A stretch of 63,809 bases of DNA, filler included, from Guillardia theta CCMP2712 (taxonomy: Eukaryota; Protista; Cryptophyta): the NCBI RefSeq assembly GCF_000315625.1. It is 5 parts of 5 records of this genome, joined end to end, with 100 filler letters (N's around TTAATTAATTAA, not from the genome) between each part and the next. Parts side by side here need not be neighbours in the genome. Positions count along the whole stretch, not along the records: positions 26,411 to 47,839 come from NW_005434563.1; 4 more parts are not named here. One strand, given 5' to 3'. The translations under genes and the position numbers were made by a program. The notes under the pieces are model-generated. The model did no database searches. It was not told the DNA's origin and saw only the letters and a program-made list of their open reading frames with translations. Below are positions 30,192 through 41,750 of the stretch, piece after piece (position 1 is the first letter of the stretch; every line of letters starts with the position of its first letter).

Positions 30192-31500
30192 ATGCAGGCG
30201 AACCACTCCGATATGCACACCGACATGCCGACCTCTTCCGAAGAGCATGCGTCGTTACATCCAACACAAGATACACACCTCGGCAATGCTGATCCGCCTG
30301 CGCATGCAGATCAGCAGAGCGACCTCCCCTCGCATGAGACCATCCTCTCCTCGAAGCTCGCGGCCGAGATCTACGCCGAGCGATGCCTCAAGGCTGGGCA
30401 TGCAACCGTCGAGAGCGCCTTCGTTGCCAGCAAGTACGGCACTAGCCCCAAGACCGTACGCTACATCTGGAGCCGCCGGACCTGGGGCTGATGCCACCNN
30501 NNNNNNNNNNNNNNNNNNNNNNNNNNNNNNNNNNNNNNNNNNNNNNNNNNNNNNNNNNNNNNNNNNNNNNNNNNNNNNNNNNNNNNNNNNNNNNNNNNNN
30601 NNNNNNNNNNNNNNNNNNNNNNNNNNNNNNNNNNNNNNNNNNNNNNNNNNNNNNNNNNNNNNNNNNNNNNNNNNNNNNNNNNNNNNNNNNNNNNNNNNNN
30701 NNNNNNNNNNNNNNNNNNNNNNNNNNNNNNNNNNNNNNNNNNNNNNNNNNNNNNNNNNNNNNNNNNNNNNNNNNNNNNNNNNNNNNNNNNNNNNNTCCGG
30801 GCCCGACGGCTCGCTGGAGGGCTCGAGCAGCCCGACGTCAAGCTTCCCGTCCAAGTCGACGACGTCGTCGGACGCGGCCCGGTCGGAGCAGCACGGCTCG
30901 CAGGAGCAGCCGCCGGGGGCGTCCATGAGGGATCTGCAGGAGGCGCTGGGGCAGAAGGGGGGGGGAGGGGGCAGCAGCGAGGACAGGAAGTCGAGCGAGG
31001 GGGGGGAGCCCAAGGACCCTTTCTCCGACTCGGGGTCGAGCGCGAGCTGTCCGTCGGCGTCCTCGGCGGGGGAGAAGAGCAGAGCGCTGGAGCAGCAGGA
31101 GGATGAAGATGAGGGGAGGGATGCGATGTCAGATGAGACAGAAGACACGTGGCCTGGGGAGAGGAAGCACGGACGCGAGAGCACGTCCAAGACGTCCAGC
31201 GGGGGGGAAGTCAGGGCGGTGATTGACCGCCGAACAGCAGGGGAGATAGCATCGCTGCTGCACCAGATGATGGAGCAGCAGGAGCAGATCATGGCGCAGC
31301 AGCGGCAGATCCTAGAGAGGGGTATCCAGCCCGGAGTGGAAGGAATGATTGGAGCGGTGCTCATGACTTTTTGCGAGCTGATTGCCAAGATGGAGGCATG
31401 GGGCGAAGGGCTGGAGTTGGTGGAGGAAGCAGAAGCAGAAGCCAAAGCTCACGGAAAGGGACGCCACCTTGGGGCGATGGCAGCAGTAGTGTCGCAATGA
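30192..31500 (+). CDS. Putative HTH DNA-binding protein, type A (gapped; apparent frameshift at the gap edge)
   Basis: LAAEIYAERCLKAGHATVESAFVASKYGTSPKTVR.IWSRRTW, a Ser-rich linker and a Q-rich coiled coil. Confidence 0.65.
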
Positions 31501-31688
31501 AGGCCTGTATGGACAGCGAACTGAAGAGTTTCTTTTCAAGGACACTACCTTGAACCTCATAGACAGTGGGCTTGAAGGCAGTGAAGTAGTTTGCTATGAA
31601 ACGTGAGCAATCAGCCTCGCGGCATGATTAAATAGGTTGAAGAGCCTGAAGCACGTGCTGTACATTTCATTCATCTCACAGACAGGCC

Positions 31689-33473
31689 CTAGTGTTTCGG
31701 TTGAGAGCTGTTGATCATACCCGCAAGCATCGACAAGATTTGAGCATGCAAGCGTTGCAGCAGCAGGTACTCCTGGTTGCTTCCTCCTGTGACGTTGCTC
31801 TGCTGCCAAAACAACGGAGGACTTACCACCACCCCTCCTGTCGCCTGCCACCCCTGATGCCCTGCCTGCCCTCCGACCTCCGTACCATGCCACTGGGCAG
31901 TGGGAGCACTGCTGCTCCCCTGCCCCCCTCCTCCATACCTCTGTACACAAGCCTGAGCCCCTCCAAAAGATGCCTCAACACCCCCTCCCTGCCCCGGCGA
32001 CCTCGACTGGTATCCCCCAAGCCCTCGGGACATCAACCCCCTGCAGCCCCTGCAGCCCCTGGCTCCAAGCCTCTCTCCCCGCCATGAGCTGACCAGCTGC
32101 GCTCAAGCCTGCCCAGCTCGCTCCCCCGCCTCCTACTACTGCACCTCCCCCGCGAGGCTTCATCCAGCTGGCTCCTCCGCGTGTCCATCCCCAGACAATG
32201 TTGCGTCCTCTGAGCTCCCGACAATGAGCTCCNNNNNNNNNNNNNNNNNNNNNNNNNNNNNNNNNNNNNNNNNNNNNNNNNNNNNNNNNNNNNNNNNNNN
32301 NNNNNNNNNNNNNNNNNNNNNNNNNNNNNNNNNNNNNNNNNNNNNNNNNNNNNNNNNNNNNNNNNNNNNNNNNNNNNNNNNNNNNNNNNNNNNNNNNNNN
32401 NNNNNNNNNNNNNNNNNNNNNNNNNNNNNNNNNNNNNNNNNNNNNNNNNNNNNNNNNNNNNNNNNNNNNNNNNNNNNNNNNNNNNNNNNNNNNNNNNNNN
32501 NNNNNNNNNNNNNNNNNNNNNNNNNNNNNNNNNNNNNNNNNNNNNNNNCCCGGAGCATGCTTCCCCGCCTTCCCCTCCTCTTCCGGTCTCGCTCCCCGTG
32601 CTGCGCAAGCGCTCTGCTCTTCTCCCCCGCCGAGGACGCCGACGGACAGCTCGCGCTCGACCCCGAGTCGGAGAAAGGGTCCTTGGGCTCCTCCCTGTCG
32701 CTGTCGCTCGACTTTCTGTCCTCGCTGCTGCCCCCTCCCCCCGCCTCCTGCCCCAGCGCCTCCTGCAGATCCGTCATGGATGCCCTCGGCGGCTGCCCCT
32801 GCGAGCCGTGGTGCTCCGACCGGCCCGCGTCCGACGACGTCGTCGACTTGGACGGGAAGCTTGACGTCGGGCTGCTCGAGCCCTCCGGCGAGCCGTCGGG
32901 CCCGGAGCCCTTGGAGATGGACGCGTCGCTGCTCTCCTCTGGCGACTCCTTACCCGAGGACTTGTCGCACTTGGTGCTGGCCTCGGAGCCCGAGCACAGC
33001 TCGTGCGCGGAGCTGCTGCCCTGGCTAGCCTGGGACTTGATGTCAGCCATGGAGGGAGCTGCGGCGCCGGAGGACAAGCTGCTGCTGCATCCACCATGGT
33101 CGTCGTCGCGCTTGCGCTTCTTGCTGTCGGGCTGCATGGGATGGTCCTTGCCCTCCTCCTTGGCCGCCATGAGCGACCTCTCCTCCTCGGTCCAGAGAGG
33201 CCTGGTGGCATCGGCCCAGGTCCGGCGGCTCCAGATGTCGCGGACGGTCTTGGGGCTAGTGCCGTACTTGCTGGCAACGAAGGCGCTCTCGACGGTTGCA
33301 TGCCCGGCCTTGAGGCATCGCTCGGCGTAGATCTCGGCCGCGAGCCTTGAGGACAGGGTTCTCTTCTTTGCTTGAGGCGCGTCGGATCGAGCTGACGTTG
33401 CCGACGTTGCCGATGAGGCTGACGAGAGGTCAAGCAGGTGGTTGAACATGGTATGGTGGTTGTGCGAGTTCAT
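31689..33473 (-). CDS. Putative HTH DNA-binding protein, type B (gapped)
   Basis: MNSHNHH N-terminus, the same HTH-like block, KKRKR NLS and Ser-rich region. Confidence 0.65.
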
Positions 33474-34394
33474 CGCTGAGACAAGGAGACGCGATCGTGG
33501 TGGCGCTAGAGAGGAGGAGCGTGCATAGACTGAGGGCTGCTGCGGGGATGCTAGACAAGGAGGATGGAAGAGAACAGATGCATGATGGGGGGTATCTCTT
33601 TGAGGAGATCGCGCTGGAGCAGGGCGGGTGGGGTTATGGGCGGATGCCTTTTTCGTGGGAGGGAGGAGGGCACGGACGGGGAGGGGGTACGGGTGGGGGT
33701 ACTTGATGGAAATCAAGGGGTCCATGAAGCTTGAGGCGACTGGCAGCGAGAAGCAGGGGGGGTAGGGGATAGTGCAGCGAGCATAGAGGCTCAGTTGTAG
33801 AATGAGAGAGGTGTAGGGGTACGGAACCTAGAAGAGTAGGGATATGATATAGAGGATCGAGAGAGATTTTTGAAAAGGAGAGGTTTTGATAAGTTCAACA
33901 AGAGTTTTAGCTCTCCTATAAATTACCCCGGCGTGAACCGATCATAAATAGCGTCATTAAGCTCGAGGCGACTGGCAGCGGGAAGCAGGGGGGTAGGGGG
34001 ATAGTGCAGCGAGCATAGAGGCTCAGTTGTAGAATGAGAGAGGTGTAGGGGTACAGAAGCTATCGAGATGAGGATATAATTTAGAGGATCGAGAATGGAT
34101 ACCTGTCTTTTATAAATTACCCCGTCCGGATGACGTTGATGCGATGTCCGAAAGGACTCTTTTTCGTAAGGGCCAACCAGTACACACCCCACCCCCTCTG
34201 GGAGATCCTAAATCTTACCCCTAAGGCTTCTCACGCCTTGTACGGGCAGGGTGCTGGATTGAGTAGGTGGGGTCTCGATCTCAAGCCCTATAGCCGGTAC
34301 CTTGCCCCGTCCGAACGGAGTACCGCATCGAACTACTCCCGCACCAGCTTACGCTGAAGGCAACTCATTCATGCACCCTAAAGCCGGATAGGGA
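33474..34394. promoter_or_regulatory. Bidirectional spacer between type B and type A genes, with two ~231-bp direct repeats
   Basis: Repeat copies begin at ~33734 and ~33965; TATAAATTACCCC occurs twice. The same spacer recurs at 37780-38582. Confidence 0.6.
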
Positions 34395-35705
34395 ATGCAG
34401 GCGAACCACTCCGATATGCACACCGACATGCCGACCTCTTCCGAAGAGCATGCGTCGTTACATCCACCACAAGATACACACCTCGGCAATGCTGATCCGC
34501 CTGCGCATGAAGATCAGCAGAGCGACCTCCCCTCGCATGAGACCATGCTGTCCGCGAAGCTCGCGGCCGAGATCTACGCCGAGCGATGCCTCAGGCCGGG
34601 GCATGCAACCGTCGAGAGCGCCTTCGTTGCCAGCAAGTACGGCACTAGCCCCAAGACCGTCCGCGACATCTGGAGCCGCCGGACCTGGCCCGATGCCACC
34701 AGGCCTCTCTGGACCGAGGAGGAGAGGTCGCTCATGGCGGGCCAAGGAGGAGGGCAAGGACCATCCCATGCNNNNNNNNNNNNNNNNNNNNNNNNNNNNN
34801 NNNNNNNNNNNNNNNNNNNNNNNNNNNNNNNNNNNNNNNNNNNNNNNNNNNNNNNNNNNNNNNNNNNNNNNNNNNNNNNNNNNNNNNNNNNNNNNNNNNN
34901 NNNNNNNNNNNNNNNNNNNNNNNNNNNNNNNNNNNNNNNNNNNNNNNNNNNNNNNNNNNNNNNNNNNNNNNNNNNNNNNNNNNNNNNNNNNNNNNNNNNN
35001 NNNNNNNNNNNNNNNNNNNNNNNNNNNNNNNNNNNNNNNNNNNNNNNNNNNNNNNNNNNNNNNNNNNNNNNNNNNNNNNNNNNNNNNNNNNNNNNNNNNN
35101 NNNNNNNNNNNNNNNNNNNNNNNNNNNNNNNNNNNNNNNNNNNNNNNNNNNNNNNNNNNNNNNNNNNNNNNNNNNNNNNNNNNNNNNNGAAAGTCGAGCG
35201 ACAGCGAGGAGCCCAAAGAACCCTTTCTCCGACTCGGGGTCGAGCGCGAGCTGTCCGTCGGCGTCCTCGGCGGGAGAAAAAGAGCAGAGCGCTGGAGCAG
35301 CAGGAGGATGAAGAGGAGGGGAGGGATGCGATGTCAGATGAGACAGAAGACACGTGGCCTGGGGAGAGGAAGCACAGGCGCGAGAGCACGTCCAAGACGT
35401 CCAGCAGGGAGAAGGTCAGGGCGGTGATTGACCGCCGAACAGCAGGGGAGATAGCATCGCTGCTGCACCAGATGATGGAGCAGCAGGAGCAGATCATGGC
35501 GCAGCAGCGACAGATCCTAGAGAGGGGTATCCAGCCCGGAGTGGAAGGAATGATTGGAGCGGTGCTCATGACTTTTTGCGAGCTGATTGCCAAGATGGAG
35601 GCATGGGGCGAAGGGCTGGAGTTGGTGGAGGAAGCAGAAGCAGAAGCCAAAGCTCACGGAAAGGGACGCCACCTTGGGGCGATGGCAGCAGTAGTGTCGC
35701 AATGA
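34395..35705 (+). CDS. Putative HTH DNA-binding protein, type A (gapped)
   Basis: Near-identical to 30192-31500. Confidence 0.65.
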   Translation: MQANHSDMHTDMPTSSEEHASLHPPQDTHLGNADPPAHEDQQSDLPSHETMLSAKLAAEIYAERCLRPGHATVESAFVASKYGTSPKTVRDIWSRRTWPDATRPLWTEEERSLMAGQGGGQGPSHXXXXXXXXXXXXXXXXXXXXXXXXXXXXXXXXXXXXXXXXXXXXXXXXXXXXXXXXXXXXXXXXXXXXXXXXXXXXXXXXXXXXXXXXXXXXXXXXXXXXXXXXXXXXXXXXXXXXXXXXXXXXXXXXXXXXXXXXXXXXKVERQRGAQRTLSPTRGRARAVRRRPRREKKSRALEQQEDEEEGRDAMSDETEDTWPGERKHRRESTSKTSSREKVRAVIDRRTAGEIASLLHQMMEQQEQIMAQQRQILERGIQPGVEGMIGAVLMTFCELIAKMEAWGEGLELVEEAEAEAKAHGKGRHLGAMAAVVSQ

Positions 35706-35893
35706 AGGCCTGTATGGACAGCGAACTGAAGAGTTTCTTTTCAAGGACACTACCTTGAACCTCATAGACAGTGGGCTTGAAGGCAGTGAAGTAGTTTGCT
35801 ATGAAACGTGAGCAATCAGCCTCGCGGCATGATTAAATAGGTTGAAGAGCCTGAAGCACGTGCTGTACATTTCATTCATCTCACAGACAGGCC

Positions 35894-37364
35894 CTAGTGT
35901 TTCGGTTGAGAGCTGTTGATCATACCCGCAAGCATCGACAAGATTTGAGCATGCAAGCGTTGCAGCAGCAGGTACTCCTGGTTGCTTCCTCCTGTGACGT
36001 TGCTCTGCTGCCAAAACAACGGAGGACTTACCACCACCCCTCCTGTCGCCTGCCACCCCTGATGCCCTGCCTGCCCTCCGACCTCCGTACCATGCCACTG
36101 GGCAGTGGGAGCACTGCTGCTCCCCTGCCCCCCTCCTCCATACCTCTGTACACAAGCCTGAGCCCCTCCAAAAGATGCCTCAACACCCCCTCCCTGCCCC
36201 GGCGACCTCGACTGGTATCCCCCAAGCCCTCGGACATCAACCCCCTGCAGCCCCTGCAGCCCCTGGCTCCAAGCCTCTCTCCCCGCCATGAGCTGACCAG
36301 CTGCGCTCAAGCCTGCCCAGCTCGCTCCCCCGCCTCCTACTACTGCACCTCCCCCGCAAGCCTCATCCAGCTGCTCCTCCCCGCGTCCATCCCCTGACCA
36401 GCTTGCGTCCTCTGAGCTCCCGACAAGCTCCGTTGCTCCACCGCCGACAGGTGCTGAGCGCGTATCTCCAAGATCTGCTTCTGCTGCGCAATGATCTGCC
36501 CCTGCTGCTCTGTCATATGTCGCAGCAGCCCCGCTATCTCTCCTGCCGTCTGACTGTCGATACCCTCCGCCCCTTGCGACTTCTTGGAGGTGCTCTCGCG
36601 CCTGTGCTTCCTCTCTCCCGGCTGGGGCTCTGTCTCGGGCTGCGTGCCCTCCCTCCACNNNNNNNNNNNNNNNNNNNNNNNNNNNNNNNNNNNNNNNNNN
36701 NNNNNNNNNNNNNNNNNNNNNNNNNNNNNNNNNNNNNNNNNNNNNNNNNNNNNNNNNNNNNNNNNNNNNNNNNNNNNNNNNNNNNNNNNNNNNNNNNNNN
36801 NNNNNNNNNNNNNNNNNNNNNNNNNNNNNNNNNNNNNNNNNNNNNNNNNNNNNNNNNNNNNNNNNNNNNNNNNNNNNNNNNNNNNNNNNNNNNNNNNNNN
36901 NNNNNNNNNNNNNNNNNNNNNNNNNNNNNNNNNNNNNNNNNNNNNNNNNNNNNNNNNNNNNNNNNNNNNNNNNNNNNNNNNNNNNNNNNNNNNNNNNNNN
37001 NNNNNNNNNNNNNNNNNNNNNNNNNNNNNNNNNNNNNNNNNNNNNNNNNNNNNNNNNNNNNNNNNNNNNNNCGGCGAGCCGTCGGGCCCGGAGCCCTTGG
37101 AGATGGACGCGTCGCTGCTCTCCTCTGGCGACTCCTTGCCCGAGGACTTGTCGCACTTGGTGCTGGCCTCGGAGCCCGAGCACAGCTCGTGCGCGGAGCT
37201 GCTGCCCTGGCTGGCCTGGGACTTGATGTCAGCCATGGCGGGAGCTGCGGCGCCGGAGGACAAGCTGCTGCTGCATCCACCATGGTCGTCGTCGCGCTTG
37301 CGCTTCTTGCTGTCGGGCTGCATGGGATGGTCCTTGCCCTCCTCCTTGGCCGCCATGAGCGACC
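35894..37364 (-). CDS. HTH-family type B copy (HTH and start lie in a gap)
   Basis: Near-identical to the other type B copies. Confidence 0.6.
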
Positions 37365-38582
37365 NNNNNNNNNNNNNNNNNNNNNNNNNNNNNNNNNNNN
37401 NNNNNNNNNNNNNNNNNNNNNNNNNNNNNNNNNNNNNNNNNNNNNNNNNNNNNNNNNNNNNNNNNNNNNNNNNNNNNNNNNNNNNNNNNNNNNNNNNNNN
37501 NNNNNNNNNNNNNNNNNNNNNNNNNNNNNNNNNNNNNNNNNNNNNNNNNNNNNNNNNNNNNNNNNNNNNNNNNNNNNNNNNNNNNNNNNNNNNNNNNNNN
37601 NNNNNNNNNNNNNNNNNNNNNNNNNNNNNNNNNNNNNNNNNNNNNNNNNNNNNNNNNNNNNNNNNNNNNNNNNNNNNNNNNNNNNNNNNNNNNNNNNNNN
37701 NNNNNNNNNNNNNNNNNNNNNNNNNNNNNNNNNNNNNNNNNNNNNNNNNNNNNNNNNNNNNNNNNNNNNNNNNNNNNNNATCTCTTTGAGGAGATCGCGC
37801 TGGAGCAGGGCGGGTGGGGTTATGGGCGGATGCCTTTTTCGTGGGAGGGAGGAGGGCACGGACGGGGAGGGGGTACGGGTGGGGGTACTTGATGGAAATC
37901 AAGGGGTCCATGAAGCTTGAGGCGACTGGCAGCGAGAAGCAGGGGGGTAGGGGGATAGTGCAGCGAGCATAGAGGCTCAGTTGTAGAATGAGAGAGGTGT
38001 AGGGGTACAGAACCTAGAAGAGTAGGGATATGATATAGAGGATCGAGAGAGATTTTTGAAAAGGAGAGGTTTTGATAAGTTCAACAAGAGTTTTAGCTCT
38101 CCTATAAATTACCCCGGCGTGAACCGATCATAAATAGCGTCATTTTAAAAGCTCGAGGCGACTGGCAGCGGGAAGCAGGGGGGTAGGGGGATAGTGCAGC
38201 GAGCATAGAGGCTCAGTTGCAGAATGAGAGAGGTGTAGGGGTACAGAAGCTATCGGGATGAGGATATAATTTAGAGGATCGAGAATGGATACCTGTCTTA
38301 TAAATTACCCCGTCCGGATGACGTTGATGCGATGTCCGAAAGGACTCTTTTTCGTAAGGGCCAACCAGTACACACCCCACCCCCTCTGGGAGATCCTAAA
38401 TCTTACCCCTAAGGCTTCTCACGCCTTGTACGGGCAGGGTGCTGGATTGAGTAGGTGGGGTCTCGATCTCAAGCCCTATAGCCGGTACCTTGCCCCGTCC
38501 GAACGGAGTACCGCATCGAACTACTCCCGCACCAGCTTACGCTGAAGGCAACTCATTCATGCACCCTAAAGCCGGATAGGGA

Positions 38583-40591
38583 ATGCAGGCGAACCACTCC
38601 GATATGCACACCGACATGCCGACCTCTTCCGAAGAGCATGCGTCGTTACATCCACCACAAGATACACACCTCGGCAATGCTGATCCGCCTGCGCATGAAG
38701 ATCAGCAGAGCGACCTCCCCTCGCATGAGACCATGCTGTCCGCGAAGCTCGCGGCCGAGATCTACGCCGAGCGATGCCTCAAGGCCGGGCATGCAACCGT
38801 CGAGAGCGCCTTCGTTGCCAGCAAGTACGGCACTAGCCCCAAGACCGTCCGCGACATCTGGAGCCGCCGGACCTGGGCCGATGCCACCAGGCCTCTCTGG
38901 ACCGAGGAGGAGAGGTCGCTCATGGCGGCCAAGGAGGAGGGCAAGGACCATCCCATGCAGCCCGACAGCAAGAAGCGCAAGCGCGACGACGACCACGCTG
39001 GATGCAGCAGCAGCTTGTCCTCCGGCGCCGCAGCTCCCGCCATGGCGGACATCAAGTCCCAGGCCAGCCAGGGCGGCAGCTCCGCGCACGAGCTGTGCTG
39101 GGGCTCCGAGGCCAGCACCAAGTGCGACAAGTCCTCGGGCAAGGAGTCGCCAGAGGAGAGCAGCGACGCGTCCATCTCCAAGGGCTCCGGGCCCGACGGC
39201 TCGCCGGAGGGCTCGAGCAGCCCGACGTCAAGCTTCCCGTCCAAGTCGACGACGTCGTCGGACGCGGGCCGGTCGGAGCAGCACGGCTCGCAGGGGCAGC
39301 CGCCGGGGGCGTCCATGACGGATCTGCAGGAGGCGCTGGGGCAGGATGGGGGGGGAGGGGGCAGCAGCGAGGACAGAAAGTCGAGCGACAGCGAAGAGCC
39401 CAAAGACCCTGGACCCTTTCTCCGANNNNNNNNNNNNNNNNNNNNNNNNNNNNNNNNNNNNNNNNNNNNNNNNNNNNNNNNNNNNNNNNNNNNNNNNNNN
39501 NNNNNNNNNNNNNNNNNNNNNNNNNNNNNNNNNNNNNNNNNNNNNNNNNNNNNNNNNNNNNNNNNNNNNNNNNNNNNNNNNNNNNNNNNNNNNNNNNNNN
39601 NNNNNNNNNNNNNNNNNNNNNNNNNNNNNNNNNNNNNNNNNNNNNNNNNNNNNNNNNNNNNNNNNNNNNNNNNNNNNNNNNNNNNNNNNNNNNNNNNNNN
39701 NNNNNNNNNNNNNNNNNNNNNNNNNNNNNNNNNNNNNNNNNNNGGGTTTGAGGAGGTGGGGAGGCGGCAGCAGCGAGGACAGAAAGTCGAGCGACAGCGA
39801 GGAGCCCAAGGACCCTTTCTCCGACTCGGGGGTCGAGCGCGAGCTGTCCGTCGGCGTCCTCGGCGGGGGAGAAGAGCAGAGCGCTTGCGCAGCACGCTGA
39901 GCGAGCAGGGGCAGGAGGGGAGGCGGGGAAGCATAATTGGATGCCCGAGGCAGAGCCCCAGCCGGGAGAGAGGAAGCACAGGCGCGAGAGCACGTTCAAG
40001 AAGTCGCAAGGGGGGGAGGGTATCGACAGTCAGACGGCAGGGGAGATAGCGGGGCTGCTGCGACATATGACGGAGCAGCAGGAGCAGATCATTGCGCAGC
40101 AGAAGTTAATATTAGAAAGGGGGCTTACGCCAAACATGGATGCTTTGGTTCATAGGGCTTTGAATACTGTTGGGCATTTGAGGGCGGAAATGGAAGCTTG
40201 GAGCCGAGATAAAAATATGAAAGTTCGTGGGCTAACTGGGATGGATATACAAGACCAGTCAGTCAGGTGCGACCCCCCCGCCTTTCACGAATGCAAGGGT
40301 TCACCTTATGTTGGCTGCCGGCCCGAGCAAGTGGCAGGACAGGCACAGCCAGAAACAGAGCGAGCACGGGTGTTTGAAGGTACACAGGGTGACAATCATC
40401 AGGGGCATGGGGAAGAAGGTGTTCGTCAGGAAGTGCATCCAGAGCGGCAGGCGAACTATGGAATCGGGGGATCAGTGCTTGAGCAGGAACAGTCGATAGC
40501 GCCTGGAAGCCTGCAACGTTTATTGCTGCATCTGATACTTTCTCAGATCTCTTCCACATTGCTCGGCTTGAATCGCACAGAACCTTCATGA
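38583..40591 (+). CDS. Putative HTH DNA-binding protein, chimeric/divergent terminal copy
   Basis: Type A N-terminus (MQANHSD), type B-like middle (ESTFKKSQGGEGIDSQTAGEIAGLLRHMTEQQ) and a diverged C-terminus ending LQRLLLHLILSQISSTLLGLNRTEPS. Frame across the gap is unresolved. Confidence 0.6.
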
Positions 40592-41059
40592 CAGTGGACT
40601 TCATGTAATAAATGTCCTTATAGCACAATGATGGCATATGCGAGGGAGTGCAACGGATTTGAAAGAACTGGCTGTGTTTTGTCGTGGTTTCGTGGACCTG
40701 TCTTTATGTGGTATTTACTTAAAGTGTTGTAGGTCATGCTTACATACTTTGAACAAGATCAGTAGCCCATGCTGTATTGTCGAGCGAAAACATCATAGCA
40801 AAAATTAGGCATTTTGTATTACATGGCTCCATGCCTCGATTCAGAGCACGGGTATCCAGGTTTGCCTTTCGCGCGTGGACATTAGGAGGGAATGACTGTA
40901 AAGCCATCGGTTGCGAGTCTTTCGTTGTCCCAAATCTCATGACGAGATCCCTTGAAGCTAAGGGTTTCTGCTCTATGTCTAGTTCACTTCCACCCAAGCC
41001 CTCACACCTGGTGCCTCGGTAGAGGAGGCTTGACCCAGACGGACACTGTCGCACAGGCC

Positions 41060-41750
41060 ATACGGCGACCCGCGCCATGGCAGCGATATCGCTTTGGCCG
41101 CCGCCGAAGGAATGAGACGCATACCTGAACGCACCCGCGATGATGGCAGCGAAGGGCAGGGAGGCCTTGAGCTGACGAAAGATCCTGGACCGGATGCGTT
41201 TGCATGTCCGATCACCTCAGACAACTTGCGAGGCCCAGAGAAAATCCAGCGCTGCCGTTTCCTTGTTCGCCGAGCGATCCGCCAGCCACCACAGAAATCG
41301 CAACGCATCATCCTGCAAGAGTCCGTCAGTGCTGACGATGATGGGAAGAAAGGCCGGGCCTTTGGCGGGACGATGGTGCTGAACATAGCCCTCGGATGTT
41401 CCTCTGTGCTGCTCAGTGCTTGCCGCAGTGCCGTTTGCACCGAGCCAGGTCCGGTATCCCATGTCATTGTCAAAAACATGTGACATGCTGAAGTCCAGGA
41501 TTAACCCATGCCATCGGCCTCCAGTAGCTTGCAACTTCGCGTAGGTTCAAAGTCCCCTACGTGATGATCTTCAGGGTCAGGTTGGGAAACGTTCTGCCTG
41601 GTGCCGGGAAAGCCTTGCACATGGACGCGGCATCGCACTCCTGAATCTTTGTTGAGGGTGCTGAGGACGACATTGCACTTCAGATGCACATCAGTCCATG
41701 ACGGGCTGCGGTTCCTGCAGGTCGCCATGTGTATGGTAGGGTGCAACAAC
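41060..41750 (-). pseudogene. Decayed 3' end of an RLE-type (CRE/R2-like) non-LTR retrotransposon
   Basis: Collinear frameshifted motifs: HMATC...H (zinc-knuckle remnant), LILDFSMSH, AFLPIIVSTDGLLQDDALRFLWWLA and AAAKA. Confidence 0.55.

Larger units (their letters stand above)
26411..40591. repeat. ~4.2-kb tandem array (at least 3.3 units); each unit is an inverted, divergent paralogous gene pair
   Basis: Plus-strand starts at 30192, 34395 and 38583; minus-strand stops at 27497, 31689 and 35894 (period 4188-4205). Units are near-identical. Confidence 0.92.

Noticed and set aside
40979-41479. CDFCGGWR as a CW-type zinc finger
   Set aside because: The rest of the CW motif is absent; the overlapping frame fits an RLE endonuclease better.
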